This document shows positions 33,584 to 44,068 of a stretch of 64,000 nucleotides of DNA, in pieces; positions within the stretch are counted from its first letter, which is position 1; every line of letters starts with the position of its first letter. This DNA is from an uncultured Actinomycetota bacterium (lineage in GTDB: Bacteria; Actinomycetota; Actinomycetes; Propionibacteriales; Nocardioidaceae): positions 291,233 to 355,232 of the forward strand of contig OY970188.1 in NCBI GenBank assembly GCA_963708035.1, read 5' to 3'. Below the pieces are notes generated by a model. The model made no database searches. It was not told the origin of the DNA and worked only from the letters and a program-made list of their open reading frames with translations. The translations under genes and the position numbers were made by a program.

Positions 33584-34564
33584 TCAGCGACGCGACGCGC
33601 GCGTGGCGACGCGATGGATCGCGTCGGCGAAGGTGCGGAACAGCTCCGGCGGGAGGTCGTGGCCCATGCCGTCGACGAGCAGCAGCTCGGCGCCGGGAAC
33701 GGCCGCCGCCGTCGCCCGGCCACCGGAGACGTGCACCATCCGGTCGGCGAGCCCGTGGATGACCAGCGTCGGGACCCGCACGTCGTGCAGGCGTGGAGCC
33801 CGGTCGGGCTGGGTGAGGATCGCCATCATCTGCCGCAACGTCCCGCTCGGGTTGATGCCGCGGTCGTAGGTCTCGAAGGCGACGTCACGCGTGTCCTGCT
33901 CGGGGCGTGGGTAGCCGGGCGACCCGATCAGCCGCCACATCAGCACGCTGTCGTCGGCGTACGCCTCGCGCCCGGGGCGGAGCGGACGCAGCAGCGCCGG
34001 GAACAGGCGCGGGTGCTGCCACCCGACCCGGCGCCCGCCGGTCGTCGACATGATGCTGGTCAGCGAGCGGACCCGGTCGGGCTCCTCGATCGCCATCGTC
34101 TGCGCGATCATCCCGCCCATCGACACCCCGACCACGTGGGCGCTCTCGATGCCGAGGTGGTCGAGGAGCCCGAACGCGTCGCGCGCCATGTCGGTCAGGG
34201 AGTACGGCGCCCGCACGGGCAGGCCGGTGAACGCGCGGACCAGCATCCCGCGGGTCACCCGGCCGGGCACCTTGGTCGAGCGGCCGACGTCGCGGTTGTC
34301 CAGCGTGATCACGAAGTAGCCGTGCCGCGCGAGCATCGAGCAGAGCTCGGGGTCCCACCAGATCAGCGGGCTGGCGAGGCCCATCAGCAGCACCATCGGC
34401 TCGTCGGCGGGGTCGCCGTACGTGCGGTAGCACAGCTCGATGCCGGTCGGGAGCCGCGCGAAGAGCTCGGGTGACGACGGGACCTCGGGAGGTGCGTCGC
34501 GCGGCGGCGGAGGTGTCTCCGGAGTGACGGAGGCGGGACCGACCATGTCCCCAGTCAACCCCAT
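33584..34564 (-). CDS. Alpha/beta hydrolase
   Basis: GVSMGG nucleophile elbow, DNRDVG, GMGHDLP. Confidence 0.9.
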   Translation of the reverse strand: MGLTGDMVGPASVTPETPPPPRDAPPEVPSSPELFARLPTGIELCYRTYGDPADEPMVLLMGLASPLIWWDPELCSMLARHGYFVITLDNRDVGRSTKVPGRVTRGMLVRAFTGLPVRAPYSLTDMARDAFGLLDHLGIESAHVVGVSMGGMIAQTMAIEEPDRVRSLTSIMSTTGGRRVGWQHPRLFPALLRPLRPGREAYADDSVLMWRLIGSPGYPRPEQDTRDVAFETYDRGINPSGTLRQMMAILTQPDRAPRLHDVRVPTLVIHGLADRMVHVSGGRATAAAVPGAELLLVDGMGHDLPPELFRTFADAIHRVATRASRR

Positions 34565-34635
34565 GGTGTTGCGACACGGACACGCTCCGGGGATGTGGCG
34601 GACACGACAGCCGGCACGTCGTACCGTCGGTTCTC

Positions 34636-35445
34636 GTGGCCACGTCCGCCGTCGCCGACTTCCTGCTCCCGGAGGGCTACACGGTCCCGGGGAGCCGAGC
34701 CGTGCTGCGCGAGGCGGCGGTGGTCAACGAGATGGGCCGGCTGGCCTGGTCACGGCTCGGTGAGCACGTGTGCGGACGGCCGTGGGCCGAGGCCCGGCCG
34801 GTCTCGGGTGAGGCCGAGCCGGTCGTGCTGGTGCCGGGGTTCATGGCCGGCGACGCCACGCTGTCCGCCGTCGCCCGGGCGCTACGGGCGCGGGGCCATC
34901 GGACCTACCGCTCCGGCATCCACGCCAACGTCGACTGCACGTCGCGCGCGCTGACCCTCCTCGAGACAAGGCTGGAGTCGGTCGTGGCCCGGCGTGGCCG
35001 CCGGGTCACGGTGGTCGGCCACAGCCTGGGCGGGCTGCTGGCGCGCGGGCTCGCCGTACGCCGGCCCGACCTGGTCGGCGGGATCGTCACCCTCGGCAGC
35101 CCGATGCTCGCCCCGGGGGCCCATCACGTGGCCCTGACGCGCAGCCTGGACACGCTGGTCCGGCTGAGCCGGGTCGGCGTACCCGGACTGATGGCCCGGG
35201 AGTGCATCGCCGGCGAGTGCGCCCGCACCAGCTTCGACGAGAGCCGGCTGCCGCTGCCCGGCGACGTCGCGTTCACCGCGGTCTACTCGCGCCGGGACGG
35301 GATCGTGGACTGGCGCGCCTGCGTCGACCCGATCGCCACGGCGGTCGAGGTGCGGTCCTCGCACCTCGGGATGGTGGTCGACCCCGCCGCGATCCGGGCG
35401 GTGTGCGACGCCGTCGCCGGACCGCGGCCGGCCGCTCCTGCGTGA
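34636..35445 (+). CDS. Alpha/beta hydrolase (lipase/esterase-like)
   Basis: LVPGF, GHSLGG, YSRRDGIV, SSHLGM. Confidence 0.88.
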   Translation: MATSAVADFLLPEGYTVPGSRAVLREAAVVNEMGRLAWSRLGEHVCGRPWAEARPVSGEAEPVVLVPGFMAGDATLSAVARALRARGHRTYRSGIHANVDCTSRALTLLETRLESVVARRGRRVTVVGHSLGGLLARGLAVRRPDLVGGIVTLGSPMLAPGAHHVALTRSLDTLVRLSRVGVPGLMARECIAGECARTSFDESRLPLPGDVAFTAVYSRRDGIVDWRACVDPIATAVEVRSSHLGMVVDPAAIRAVCDAVAGPRPAAPA

Positions 35446-35534
35446 GTGGGGGCCGAGACCGCCGCCCGGGCGCGTTCGACCCACCGGGAGTCGAGCTCAC
35501 TCCGACAGGGGCTGCACGGTCGGAACGCCAGGGC

Positions 35535-36530
35535 TCAGAGCGTGTGCAGCTTCTCGAACCGGTGCTCGCTGGTGATCAGCCGGACCGTGCCGCTGCGCGA
35601 GCGCATCACCAGCGACTGCGACGTGGCCCCGTGGGCACGGAAGTGGACCCCCTGCATCAGCTCGCCGTCGGTGATCCCGCTGGCGACGAAGAAGCAGTCG
35701 TCGGCGGTCACGAGGTCGTCGGTCGACAGCACGTGGTCGGGATCGAGGTCGTGGCCGGCGTCGACGGCGCGCTGCCGCTCCTCGTCGTCCTTGGGCCACA
35801 GCCGGCCCTGGATGACGCCACCCACGCACTTCATGGCGGTGGCGGCGATGATCCCCTCCGGCGTGCCGCCGATGCCGAGGAGCAGGTCGATGCCGGTGTT
35901 CGGCCGCGCCGCCATGATCGCGCCGGCGACGTCTCCGTCGGTGATGAACTTGATCCGGGCGCCGGTGGCACGCACCTCGTCGGCGAGGTCCGCGTGGCGG
36001 GGCCGGTCGAGCATGACCACGGTGACGTCCTCGGGCCGCGACCCCTTCGCCTTGGCGACGGCGTGGACGTTGTCGGCGACGGGCGCGCGGATGTCGACCG
36101 CCGCGGCCGCCTCGGGCCCGGTCACCAGCTTCTCCATGTAGAAGACCGCCGACGGGTCGTACATCGAGCCGCGGGGTGCGACCGCGAGCACCGAGACGGC
36201 GTTGTTCATGCCCTTGGCGGTCAGCGTCGTCCCGTCGATCGGGTCGACGGCGACGTCGCACTCCGGCCCGGTGCCGTCGCCGACCTCCTCGCCGTTGAAC
36301 AGCATGGGCGCGTTGTCCTTCTCGCCCTCGCCGATGACCACGACGCCGCGCATCTGGACCGTCGCGATCATCTTCCGCATCGCGTCGACGGCGACGCCGT
36401 CCGCGCCGTCCTTGTCGCCCCGGCCGACCCAGCGCGCAGCCGCGAGCGCGGCGGCCTCGGTGACCCGGACGAGCTCGAGGGCGAGGTTCCGGTCGGGCGT
36501 GTCGGGCCCGGTCTCGAGGCTCTCCGTCAT
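35535..36530 (-). CDS. glpX: Class II fructose-1,6-bisphosphatase
   Basis: [34 protein letters not shown]. Confidence 0.96.
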   Translation of the reverse strand: MTESLETGPDTPDRNLALELVRVTEAAALAAARWVGRGDKDGADGVAVDAMRKMIATVQMRGVVVIGEGEKDNAPMLFNGEEVGDGTGPECDVAVDPIDGTTLTAKGMNNAVSVLAVAPRGSMYDPSAVFYMEKLVTGPEAAAAVDIRAPVADNVHAVAKAKGSRPEDVTVVMLDRPRHADLADEVRATGARIKFITDGDVAGAIMAARPNTGIDLLLGIGGTPEGIIAATAMKCVGGVIQGRLWPKDDEERQRAVDAGHDLDPDHVLSTDDLVTADDCFFVASGITDGELMQGVHFRAHGATSQSLVMRSRSGTVRLITSEHRFEKLHTL

Positions 36531-36546
36531 GGCGGGAGAGTACCCG

Positions 36547-37520
36547 TCACACGCCGTTGGACTCGGCGTCGTAGGTGTCCACTGCCGTCTCCTTGACCGA
36601 GAGCCACACCGGCCGGCCCGGCGCGAGCTCCAGCTCCGCGACGGCGGCGGGGGTGACGTCGGCGAGCAGCTCGTGCTCCCCGGAGACCAGCAGGCGTACG
36701 GCGTCGCCGTGCGGCGCCAGGCTGGTCACCGTGCCCGGCCAGCGGTGCCGGGCCGAGCCGGCGGGCTCCTCGGGCGACACGGTCACCGCGCTCGGGCTGA
36801 ACGAGCGGAAGCTGCCGCCCTCGGTCAGCACGTTCAGCCCGACCAGCCGGGCGACGTGCCTGGTCAGCGGGCGGGCGGCCACCTCGCGCGGTGGCCCGAC
36901 CTGGACCAGCTCCCCGGCCTCGAGCACCCAGACGACGTCGGCGAGCGTCAGGGCGTCGATGGCGTCGTGGGTGACCAGCACCGTGACCCCGTCGTACGCC
37001 GTCAGGTGCCGTGCGAGCTCGACACGCAACGTCGCTGCGACGCCGACGTCGAGGCCGGCGAACGGCTCGTCGAGGAGCAGGACCCGCGGGTCCGTGGCGA
37101 GCGCCCGGGCGATGGCGACGCGCTGCGCCTGGCCGCCGGACAGCTGACGGGGCTTCCGGCCGGCGAGCTCGCCCACGCCGAACCGGTCGAGCCACGCCTG
37201 GGCGGTCTGCCGCGAGGCGGCCCGGGACGCCCCGGCGCTGCGGGGGCCGAAGGCGACGTTGTCGAGCGCACTGAGATGGGGGAACAGGAGCTGGTCCTGG
37301 AACGCCATGCCGACGGCGCGCTCGCGGACCGGAAGGCCGGACCACGACCGGTCGCCGACGCGCACCTCGCCCTCGGCCGGGACGAGCCCGGCGATCGCCC
37401 GCAGGAGCGACGACTTGCCGGCACCGTTCGGACCGATCACGCCCACGACCTGGCCGGCGGTGGCGACGGCGCGCACGCTCACCCTTCCGGCCACCGTGAG
37501 CTGGACTCGAGCCCGGTCAT
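36547..37520 (-). CDS. modC: Molybdate-type ABC ATPase with TOBE domain (possible 1-nt frameshift at the N-terminus)
   Basis: [31 protein letters not shown]; ATG 37520 is 1 nt out of frame with the ORF from GTG 37494. Confidence 0.75.
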
Positions 37521-37530
37521 GAGGTGGGTC

Positions 37531-38331
37531 TCACGGCCGGGTCAGCCATCGGTTGCGGAGCAGTGCCAGCACGGCGACGGAGACCACGAGCAGCACCATG
37601 CTCACCGTCCGGGCGACGAGGGGGTCGCTCTGCAGCTGCGTGTAGATCAGCGACGGCATCGTCTGGGTGGTGCCGGGGTAGTTGCCCGCGAACGTGATCG
37701 TGGCGCCGAACTCGCCGAGCGAGCGTGCCCACGCCAGCGCCGCCCCGGCCAGGACGCCGGGCAGTGCGAGCGGGAGCGTCACCCGGCGGAACGTCGTCCA
37801 GCGGTCCGCGCCGAGGGTGGCGGCGACGGCGTCGTACTCCTCGCCCGCGGAGCGCAGTGCGCCCTCCACGCTGAGCACGTAGAAGGGCAGCGAGACGAAG
37901 GTGTGCGCGATGACGACGGCCGTCGTGGTGTAGGGGATGGTCAGGCCGAACCAGTCGTCGAGCGGGCGGCCGATGGCGCCGGTGCGGCCCAGTGCGGTCA
38001 CCAGGGCGACGCCGGCGACGACCGGGGGCAGCACCAGCGGCACCAGGACCGCGGCCCGGACGACCGATCGGCCCGGGAACGCCACCCGGGCGAGCACCCA
38101 GGCCAGCGGCGTCCCGAGGAGCAGGCAGAAGACGACGGTCAGGGCCGAGGCGAGCACGGTCAGCCAGAGCGCGTCGCGCACGGCCGTGGTGCCGAGCTGG
38201 TCGGCGAAGTCGCCCCAGGGCGTGTCCGCCACCAGGGTCACCAGCGGCACGACCAGGAGCAGGGCGGCGACCGCGGCCGGGATCACGAGCAGCAGCGGCG
38301 GTCGGCCGAGCCGGGCACCGGTCGCACTCAC
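37531..38331 (-). CDS. modB: Molybdate ABC permease
   Basis: VPLVLPPVVAG, FVSLPF, AWARSLGEFGATITFAGN. Confidence 0.9.
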   Translation of the reverse strand: MSATGARLGRPPLLLVIPAAVAALLLVVPLVTLVADTPWGDFADQLGTTAVRDALWLTVLASALTVVFCLLLGTPLAWVLARVAFPGRSVVRAAVLVPLVLPPVVAGVALVTALGRTGAIGRPLDDWFGLTIPYTTTAVVIAHTFVSLPFYVLSVEGALRSAGEEYDAVAATLGADRWTTFRRVTLPLALPGVLAGAALAWARSLGEFGATITFAGNYPGTTQTMPSLIYTQLQSDPLVARTVSMVLLVVSVAVLALLRNRWLTRP

Positions 38332-38360
38332 GGAGCCATTGTCGGGCACGGCCGTGCCCG

Positions 38361-39596
38361 TCAGCCCACCCACCACAGCATCAGCACCGCCGCCAGCAGC
38401 GAGACGGGGGTGATCGTCAACGAGACCCGGTGGAACGCGGCGCTCCCGACCGCCCGGTCGTGTCCGCGCAGCGTGCGGCGCCAGAGCAGGTTGGCCAGGG
38501 AGCCGGTCCAGGTCAGGCCGGAGCCGATGTTGAGTCCCAGCAGGGCGGCGAGCACCGCGGTCGTGCCCAGAGGTGCGACGAGCGGCACCAGCAGCAGGGT
38601 CGCCGACAGGTTGGTGAGCACGCCTGCCAGCACCGTGGCCAGTACCGCGATCCCCAGGAGGGCGGCCAAGGACGTCGAGCCCGGGACGAGGTCGCGGACC
38701 GTGTCGCCGAGGAACCCCTCCGCCAGGCCCGCCACGACCACACCGAGCGCCAGCACCCAGATCGCGAAGCCCGGGTGCGCGGCGTGCACCAGGTGGATCG
38801 GGCGGGCGAGGCCGCGGCGTACCGCCCAGGCGCCGAGCACGAGCGCGGCCGTCAGGGACGCCCACCACGGCTCGCCGCCGAACGGCGAGAGGACGGCGAA
38901 CCCGGCCAGCATCGCGGCGACCACCACCACCGGGACGACGGGCCACGCCGCCGGCGGCGTCGGATCGTGCTGCGGGCGGGCTTCGAGCCGGTGGCGGAAG
39001 AGGAGGCGGAGCCCGACGTACTCGACCACGAGCACGACGGCGAGCACCGGCGCCATGCGTACGGCGAACCCCGTGAAGGTCAGGTCGAGGTGGGGGAGCG
39101 CCAGCAGGTTGGTGAGGTTGGAGACGGGCAGCAGGAGCGAGGCGGAGTTGGCCATCCGCAGGCAGGCGAAGGTCCCCGGCTCGTCCGGGACCGACCGGGC
39201 CATCCCCGCCGCGAGCACCACGGGAGTGAGGAGGACCACGGTGGCGTCGAGGCTGAGCGTCGCGGTGACGACGGCCGCGAGCACGAAGACGCCGGTGAAC
39301 AGACGCGCGGCGGAGTCGCCGCTCCATCGGCCGACGCGCTGCGCCGCCGCGGTGAACACCCCGGCCCGGGCGCACACGTCGGACACGACCAGGATCGTCA
39401 CCAGGAACGCCACGACGGGTGCGAGACGGTCGACCGCCTGGCGGGCCTCGTCGAAGGAGAGCATTCCCGTGGCCAGCGTGGCGGCCGCGCACAGCACGCC
39501 GACGCCGACCTCGACCCGTCCCCGTGGATGGCCGAAGGCGACGGCGAGCATCCCCGCCAGGGCCACCACCACGACGACGTCGGCGAGGGGTGGCAC
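38361..39596 (-). CDS. ArsB/NhaD (SLC13-like) secondary transporter
   Basis: LSLDATVVLLTPVV, ANSASLLLPVSNLTNL, LTWTGSLANLLW; about 11 TM segments. Confidence 0.85.
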   Translation of the reverse strand: MPPLADVVVVVALAGMLAVAFGHPRGRVEVGVGVLCAAATLATGMLSFDEARQAVDRLAPVVAFLVTILVVSDVCARAGVFTAAAQRVGRWSGDSAARLFTGVFVLAAVVTATLSLDATVVLLTPVVLAAGMARSVPDEPGTFACLRMANSASLLLPVSNLTNLLALPHLDLTFTGFAVRMAPVLAVVLVVEYVGLRLLFRHRLEARPQHDPTPPAAWPVVPVVVVAAMLAGFAVLSPFGGEPWWASLTAALVLGAWAVRRGLARPIHLVHAAHPGFAIWVLALGVVVAGLAEGFLGDTVRDLVPGSTSLAALLGIAVLATVLAGVLTNLSATLLLVPLVAPLGTTAVLAALLGLNIGSGLTWTGSLANLLWRRTLRGHDRAVGSAAFHRVSLTITPVSLLAAVLMLWWVG

Positions 39597-39650
39597 GCGT
39601 GGAGCCTAGGGCGTGGGTTCCGGCGTGCCGCCACCTGTGAGGATGGGGGT

Positions 39651-40334
39651 GTGGTCTCGACAGGCTCGACCGACGAGGGGAGCGGCTCGGCCGACGAGGG
39701 CAGCGGCTCGGCCGACGAGGGGAGCGCCCCGACCGGCGAGGAGCACGCTCCGTCGGGCAGTGGTGTGGCCGTGGAGCGCCCGGGTCGCTACCAGCGTTCG
39801 CCCGCGGGCATGGTCGGCGCCATGATCGTCACGGTGCTGGTGATCCTGGCCTTCGTCGGCTTCCGGGCCCTCAACCGGTCGGATCTGGACGTGAAGCCGC
39901 AGCACGTCGACTACCTGGCGCAGGTGGGGTTCGCCCAGGAGGACGCCTCGGGGGGACGGCCCGACCTCGTCTACCCGGCGCGCCTGCCGTCGGGCTGGTA
40001 TGCCACGCAGATCACGTTCTCCGACGGCTCCGCCGCGCCCGAGGTCGAGCTCTCGATGCTCACGGCGGATGACCGGTACGTCGGTTTCGTCCAGTCGCCG
40101 GTGAGCGTCTCGGAGCTGCTCACGACGTACGTCGACCCCCACCCGCAGCCCGGTGCGCCGACCCGCGTCGACAGCTCGATCGCCCCGCGTTGGCAGACCT
40201 GGACGGACTCCGGAGGCGACACCGCGCTGGCCGCCCGGCACGGGAAGGACGCGGTGCTGGTCTTCGGCACCGTCTCGCAGGACCAGCTCGAGCGGCTGGC
40301 TGCGTCGCTGACGACCGCACCTGTCTCCGGCTGA
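39651..40334 (+). CDS. DUF4245 family membrane-anchored protein
   Basis: RYQRSPAGMVGAMIV, LPSGWYAT, VLVFGT...LAASL; syntenic with xseB and glpX; GTG 6 nt after GAGGAT. Confidence 0.8.
   Translation: MVSTGSTDEGSGSADEGSGSADEGSAPTGEEHAPSGSGVAVERPGRYQRSPAGMVGAMIVTVLVILAFVGFRALNRSDLDVKPQHVDYLAQVGFAQEDASGGRPDLVYPARLPSGWYATQITFSDGSAAPEVELSMLTADDRYVGFVQSPVSVSELLTTYVDPHPQPGAPTRVDSSIAPRWQTWTDSGGDTALAARHGKDAVLVFGTVSQDQLERLAASLTTAPVSG
39663..39725. repeat. Three tandem 21-bp repeats with a REP-like start
   Basis: ggctcg(a/g)ccgacgaggg(g/c)agc x3, preceded by ggtctcgaca. Confidence 0.85.
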
Positions 40335-40340
40335 GAGGAC

Positions 40341-40562
40341 TCAGCCCTGGTCGGCGTCGATCGCGGCATCGAGCCGCCGGCGGGCACCGTCGAGCCACTC
40401 CTGGCAGATGGTCGCGAGCTTCTCGCCGCGCTCCCAGAGGGCGAGGCTCTCCTCGAGGGTGGTGCCACCCGCCTCGAGGGCGCGGACGACCTCGACGAGC
40501 TCGGCCCGGGCCTCCTCGTAGCCCGGTCGGTCGGCACCGGTCTGGGGAGACTGCTCAGCCAT
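40341..40562 (-). CDS. xseB: Exodeoxyribonuclease VII small subunit
   Basis: [16 protein letters not shown]...[11 protein letters not shown]. Confidence 0.95.
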   Translation of the reverse strand: MAEQSPQTGADRPGYEEARAELVEVVRALEAGGTTLEESLALWERGEKLATICQEWLDGARRRLDAAIDADQG

Positions 40563-41829
40563 GGCTCTCCTCGGTCGGCTGCGGGGTCGGCTGCTGGGTC
40601 GGCCGGCCCTCGACGCCGGTGGTGGTCGCCGCGATCCTGCCGTCGACGACCCGGATGCTCAACCCGACCCCCGCGCCGACGTCACCGACCGAGGCCACCA
40701 CCGACGAGGGGCCCGCGTCCTGACGCTGCACCACGGCGTACCCGCGCTCGAGCGTCGCGAGCGGCGAGAGGGCGCGGGCGCGGGCGTGCTGATGGGTGAT
40801 GTCGTCGTGGGCGCGAGCGAGCACGTGGTCGAAGGTGCGCCGGGCGCGGTCGCGCAGGTCGTCGATCTCCACCGACCGCGCCTCGAGCAGGCTGCGCGGG
40901 TCGGCGAGGGCGGGCCGGGCCCGCAGGTCGGCGAGCGCGCGGGTCTCACCCTCGACGAGCTGGCGGATCAAGGAGCGCACCCGGTCACGGGCCCAGGTCA
41001 CGCCCTTCAGCTCCTCGACCATGTCGGGCACGAGGTGCTTCGCCGCGTCCGTGGGCGTGGACGCCCGGACGTCGGCGACCAGGTCGAGCAGGGGCGTGTC
41101 CGGCTCGTGGCCGATCGCGGACACCACCGGCGTGCGCGTGCCCGCGACCGCCCGGATCAGGGCCTCGTCGCTGAACGGCAGCAGGTCCTCGACCGACCCG
41201 CCGCCACGGGCGACCACGATCACGTCGACGCGCTCGTCGCGGTCGAGGCGGGCCAGCGCGTCGATCACCTCGGTGGCGGCGCGGGTGCCCTGCATCGCGG
41301 CGTACGCCGTCTCGAAGGCCACGCCCGGCCAGCGCCGTCGGGCGGTCTCCACCACGTCGCGCTCGGCCGCGGAGCCGGGTGCGGTGACCAGGCCCACGCA
41401 GCGCGGCAGGAACGGGAGCGCCTTCTTGAGCTCGGCCGCGAACAGGCCCTCGGCCGCGAGCAGCTGACGGCGGCGCTCGAGGCGCGCGAGCAGCTCCCCG
41501 AGCCCGACCATCCGGATCTCGCGCGCGACCAGCGAGAGCGACCCGCGGTTGGCGTAGTAGTCGGGCTGCGCGTGGATCACCACGCTGGCCCCCTCGACCA
41601 GCGGTGGGTTGAGGCTGTCGAACAGGGTGCGGGCGCAGGTCACCGGCACCGAGATGTCGGCCGCCGAGTCGCGCAGGGTCATGAACACCGTGCCCACGCC
41701 CGGCCGGCGGCTGACCTGGGTCATCTGGCCCTCCACCCAGACGGCGCCCAGCCGGCCGACCCACTGCGAGATCGCGAGCGCGATCTGCCGCACCTGCGCG
41801 GGTGCGGCGAGCGACGTCTCGAGGGCCAT
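40555..41829 (-). CDS. xseA: Exodeoxyribonuclease VII large subunit
   Basis: [31 protein letters not shown]. Confidence 0.95.
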   Translation of the reverse strand: MALETSLAAPAQVRQIALAISQWVGRLGAVWVEGQMTQVSRRPGVGTVFMTLRDSAADISVPVTCARTLFDSLNPPLVEGASVVIHAQPDYYANRGSLSLVAREIRMVGLGELLARLERRRQLLAAEGLFAAELKKALPFLPRCVGLVTAPGSAAERDVVETARRRWPGVAFETAYAAMQGTRAATEVIDALARLDRDERVDVIVVARGGGSVEDLLPFSDEALIRAVAGTRTPVVSAIGHEPDTPLLDLVADVRASTPTDAAKHLVPDMVEELKGVTWARDRVRSLIRQLVEGETRALADLRARPALADPRSLLEARSVEIDDLRDRARRTFDHVLARAHDDITHQHARARALSPLATLERGYAVVQRQDAGPSSVVASVGDVGAGVGLSIRVVDGRIAATTTGVEGRPTQQPTPQPTEESHG

Positions 41830-41893
41830 GCGGCGACCCTAGAGGTTGCCGCCGACTCGGGGGTTCGCCGTCGCCGCCGGTAGCCTCGGCGAC

Positions 41894-42883
41894 ATGAGCG
41901 TCGACCTCGGCATGCCTGTGTCGGCGGAGAAGGGCGTCCGCCTGGCCGCCCCGCGCGGCTACTGCGCGGGTGTCGACCGGGCCGTGATCACCGTCGAGAA
42001 GGCGCTGGACCTGTACGGCGCGCCGGTGTACGTCCGCAAGCAGATCGTGCACAACAAGCACGTCGTCTCCGACCTGGAGTCGCGCGGCGCCGTGTTCGTC
42101 GAGGAGCTGCACGAGGTGCCCGAGGGCGCGACCGTGGTGTTCTCCGCGCACGGCGTCTCGCCCACCGTGCACGCCGAGGCCCAGGCGCGCGGTCTGAAGA
42201 CGATCGACGCCACCTGCCCGCTCGTGACGAAGGTGCACCACGAGGCCAAGCGCTTCGCCGGCGACGACTTCGACATCCTGCTGATCGGGCACGCCGGGCA
42301 CGAGGAGGTCGAGGGCACGTCGGGCGAGGCGCCGGACCACATCCAGCTCGTGCAGGGGCCCGACGACGTGGCGAACATCGTCGTCCGCGACCCGTCGAAG
42401 GTGGCCTGGCTCTCGCAGACCACGCTCTCCGTCGACGAGACCCTCGAGACCGTCGACGCGATCCGCCGCCGGTTCCCCGAGCTGCTCGACCCGCCCAGCG
42501 ACGACATCTGCTACGCCACGCAGAACCGCCAGCTCGCGGTCAAGGAGATCGCGCACGACGCCGACCTGGTGATCGTGGTCGGCTCGGCCAACTCCTCGAA
42601 CTCCGTGCGCCTCGCCGAGGTCGCGCTCGAGGCCGGCGCCGCGGCCGCCCACCGGGTCGACGACGCCACCGAGATCGACGACGCCTGGCTCGAGGGCGTG
42701 TCCAAGGTCAGCGTCACGTCCGGTGCCAGCGTGCCCGAGGCGCTGGTGGACGGCGTCCTCTCCTACCTCGCCGACCGCGGGTACCCGGACGCCGAGGCGG
42801 TGCACAGCGCCGAGGAGTCGCTCATCTTCGCGCTGCCACCGGAGCTGCGGCGAGACCTGCGGGCCGCCGCGGCTCAGCGGTAG
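41894..42883 (+). CDS. ispH: HMBPP reductase
   Basis: [40 protein letters not shown]. Confidence 0.97.
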   Translation: MSVDLGMPVSAEKGVRLAAPRGYCAGVDRAVITVEKALDLYGAPVYVRKQIVHNKHVVSDLESRGAVFVEELHEVPEGATVVFSAHGVSPTVHAEAQARGLKTIDATCPLVTKVHHEAKRFAGDDFDILLIGHAGHEEVEGTSGEAPDHIQLVQGPDDVANIVVRDPSKVAWLSQTTLSVDETLETVDAIRRRFPELLDPPSDDICYATQNRQLAVKEIAHDADLVIVVGSANSSNSVRLAEVALEAGAAAAHRVDDATEIDDAWLEGVSKVSVTSGASVPEALVDGVLSYLADRGYPDAEAVHSAEESLIFALPPELRRDLRAAAAQR

Positions 42884-43272
42884 CCGTCGGCGCCCACACG
42901 ACGTACCGGTAGAGCAGGAAGTTCGTCACCACGCTGCCGCCGAGCGCGACCAGCTTGGCGACCATCAGCGGCGCCGCCGCGAGGTCGTACGCCGCGGCGA
43001 TCAGCAGCGGCTGCAGCACCCACATGGTGCCCGCGTTCGAGGCGACGAACAGCACTGCCTGTCGCAGCGTCCGGCGTTCGGCCCCGAAGGTGTGCCGGCC
43101 GTTCGCCAGGAAGCTGAACGTCATCCCGGCCGAGGTCGACACCAGGTTCGCGGCCACGATCCCCAGCGGAGCGTGGAGCATCCAGAAGAGGACGACGTCG
43201 ATCAGCGTGTTGACCACCCCGACGAGGGCGAACCCGACGACGCTGCGCGGCAGTGCGCGGCAGTGCGCGCAT
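42822..43272 (-). pseudogene. GtrA-family flippase-like gene frameshifted by a 10-bp tandem duplication
   Basis: Removing one copy of gcgcggcagt (43245-43264) gives 441 nt: MRALPRSVVGFALVGVVNTLIDV...NFLLYRYVVW. Confidence 0.8.
43245..43264. repeat. Perfect 10-bp tandem duplication
   Basis: gcgcggcagt x2 followed by partial gcgcg. Confidence 0.9.
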
Positions 43273-43428
43273 CAGCGGTCCCCCACGGCCCATGCCGTGA
43301 AGCGTCACAGGGACGATGGTCGGTCGGAGCGGGATCGTCGACTTTGCCATGCATATTCTTCTACGCCGCGTGGCCTGGCCTCTCCCTGCCGGGAAGCTGT
43401 GACCAGGCTGGGAACCTAGACTGCCCTC

Positions 43429-44052
43429 GTGGCGAAGTTCGTCGACGTCCATCCGGACAACCCCCAGCCCCGGCTGATCGGGCAGGTCGCCGACGCGGTC
43501 CGCGACGATGCGCTGATCGCCTACCCGACGGACTCCGGCTACGCCCTCGGCACACGCATGGGCAACCGGGAGGGACGCGACCGGATCCTGGCGATCCGTG
43601 AGCTGGACGACAAGCACCACTTCACCCTGATGTGCTCCGACTTCGCCCAGCTCGGCCAGTTCGTGCAGATCGCGAACAGTGCGTTCCGCGCCATCCGCGC
43701 GGTGACGCCGGGGCCGTACACCTTCATCCTCCCCGCGACGGCGGAGGTGCCGCGACGCCTGCTCCATCCACGCAAGCGCACCGTCGGTGTCCGGATCCCC
43801 GACCACGCCGTGTGTCATGCCCTGATCTCCGCACTCGGCGAGCCGATGCTCACCAGCACCCTGATCCTGCCGGGCGAGAGCGAGCCCCGGGCCCTGGGCT
43901 GGGAGATCAAGGAGGAGCTCGACCCGCTCGTCGACCTCGTGGTCGAGGCGGGGGAGACGCTGGCCCAGCCGACGACGGTCGTGGACTGGTCGGAGGGCTA
44001 TCCCGAGGTCCTGCGCCGGGGTGCGGGCGATCCGGACAGGTTCGAGGAGTAG
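43429..44052 (+). CDS. Sua5/YciO/YrdC family protein (YciO-like)
   Basis: YPTDSGYALG, PGPYTFIL, VGVRIPDH, PTTVVD. Confidence 0.9.
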   Translation: MAKFVDVHPDNPQPRLIGQVADAVRDDALIAYPTDSGYALGTRMGNREGRDRILAIRELDDKHHFTLMCSDFAQLGQFVQIANSAFRAIRAVTPGPYTFILPATAEVPRRLLHPRKRTVGVRIPDHAVCHALISALGEPMLTSTLILPGESEPRALGWEIKEELDPLVDLVVEAGETLAQPTTVVDWSEGYPEVLRRGAGDPDRFEE

Positions 44053-44068
44053 CTCTCGGCCCGGTCGG

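Noticed and set aside
36202-39609. 1135-aa plus-strand ORF and the many other long Arg/Pro/Gly-rich overlapping ORFs
   Set aside because: Shadow frames of real genes in high-GC DNA; no recognisable motifs
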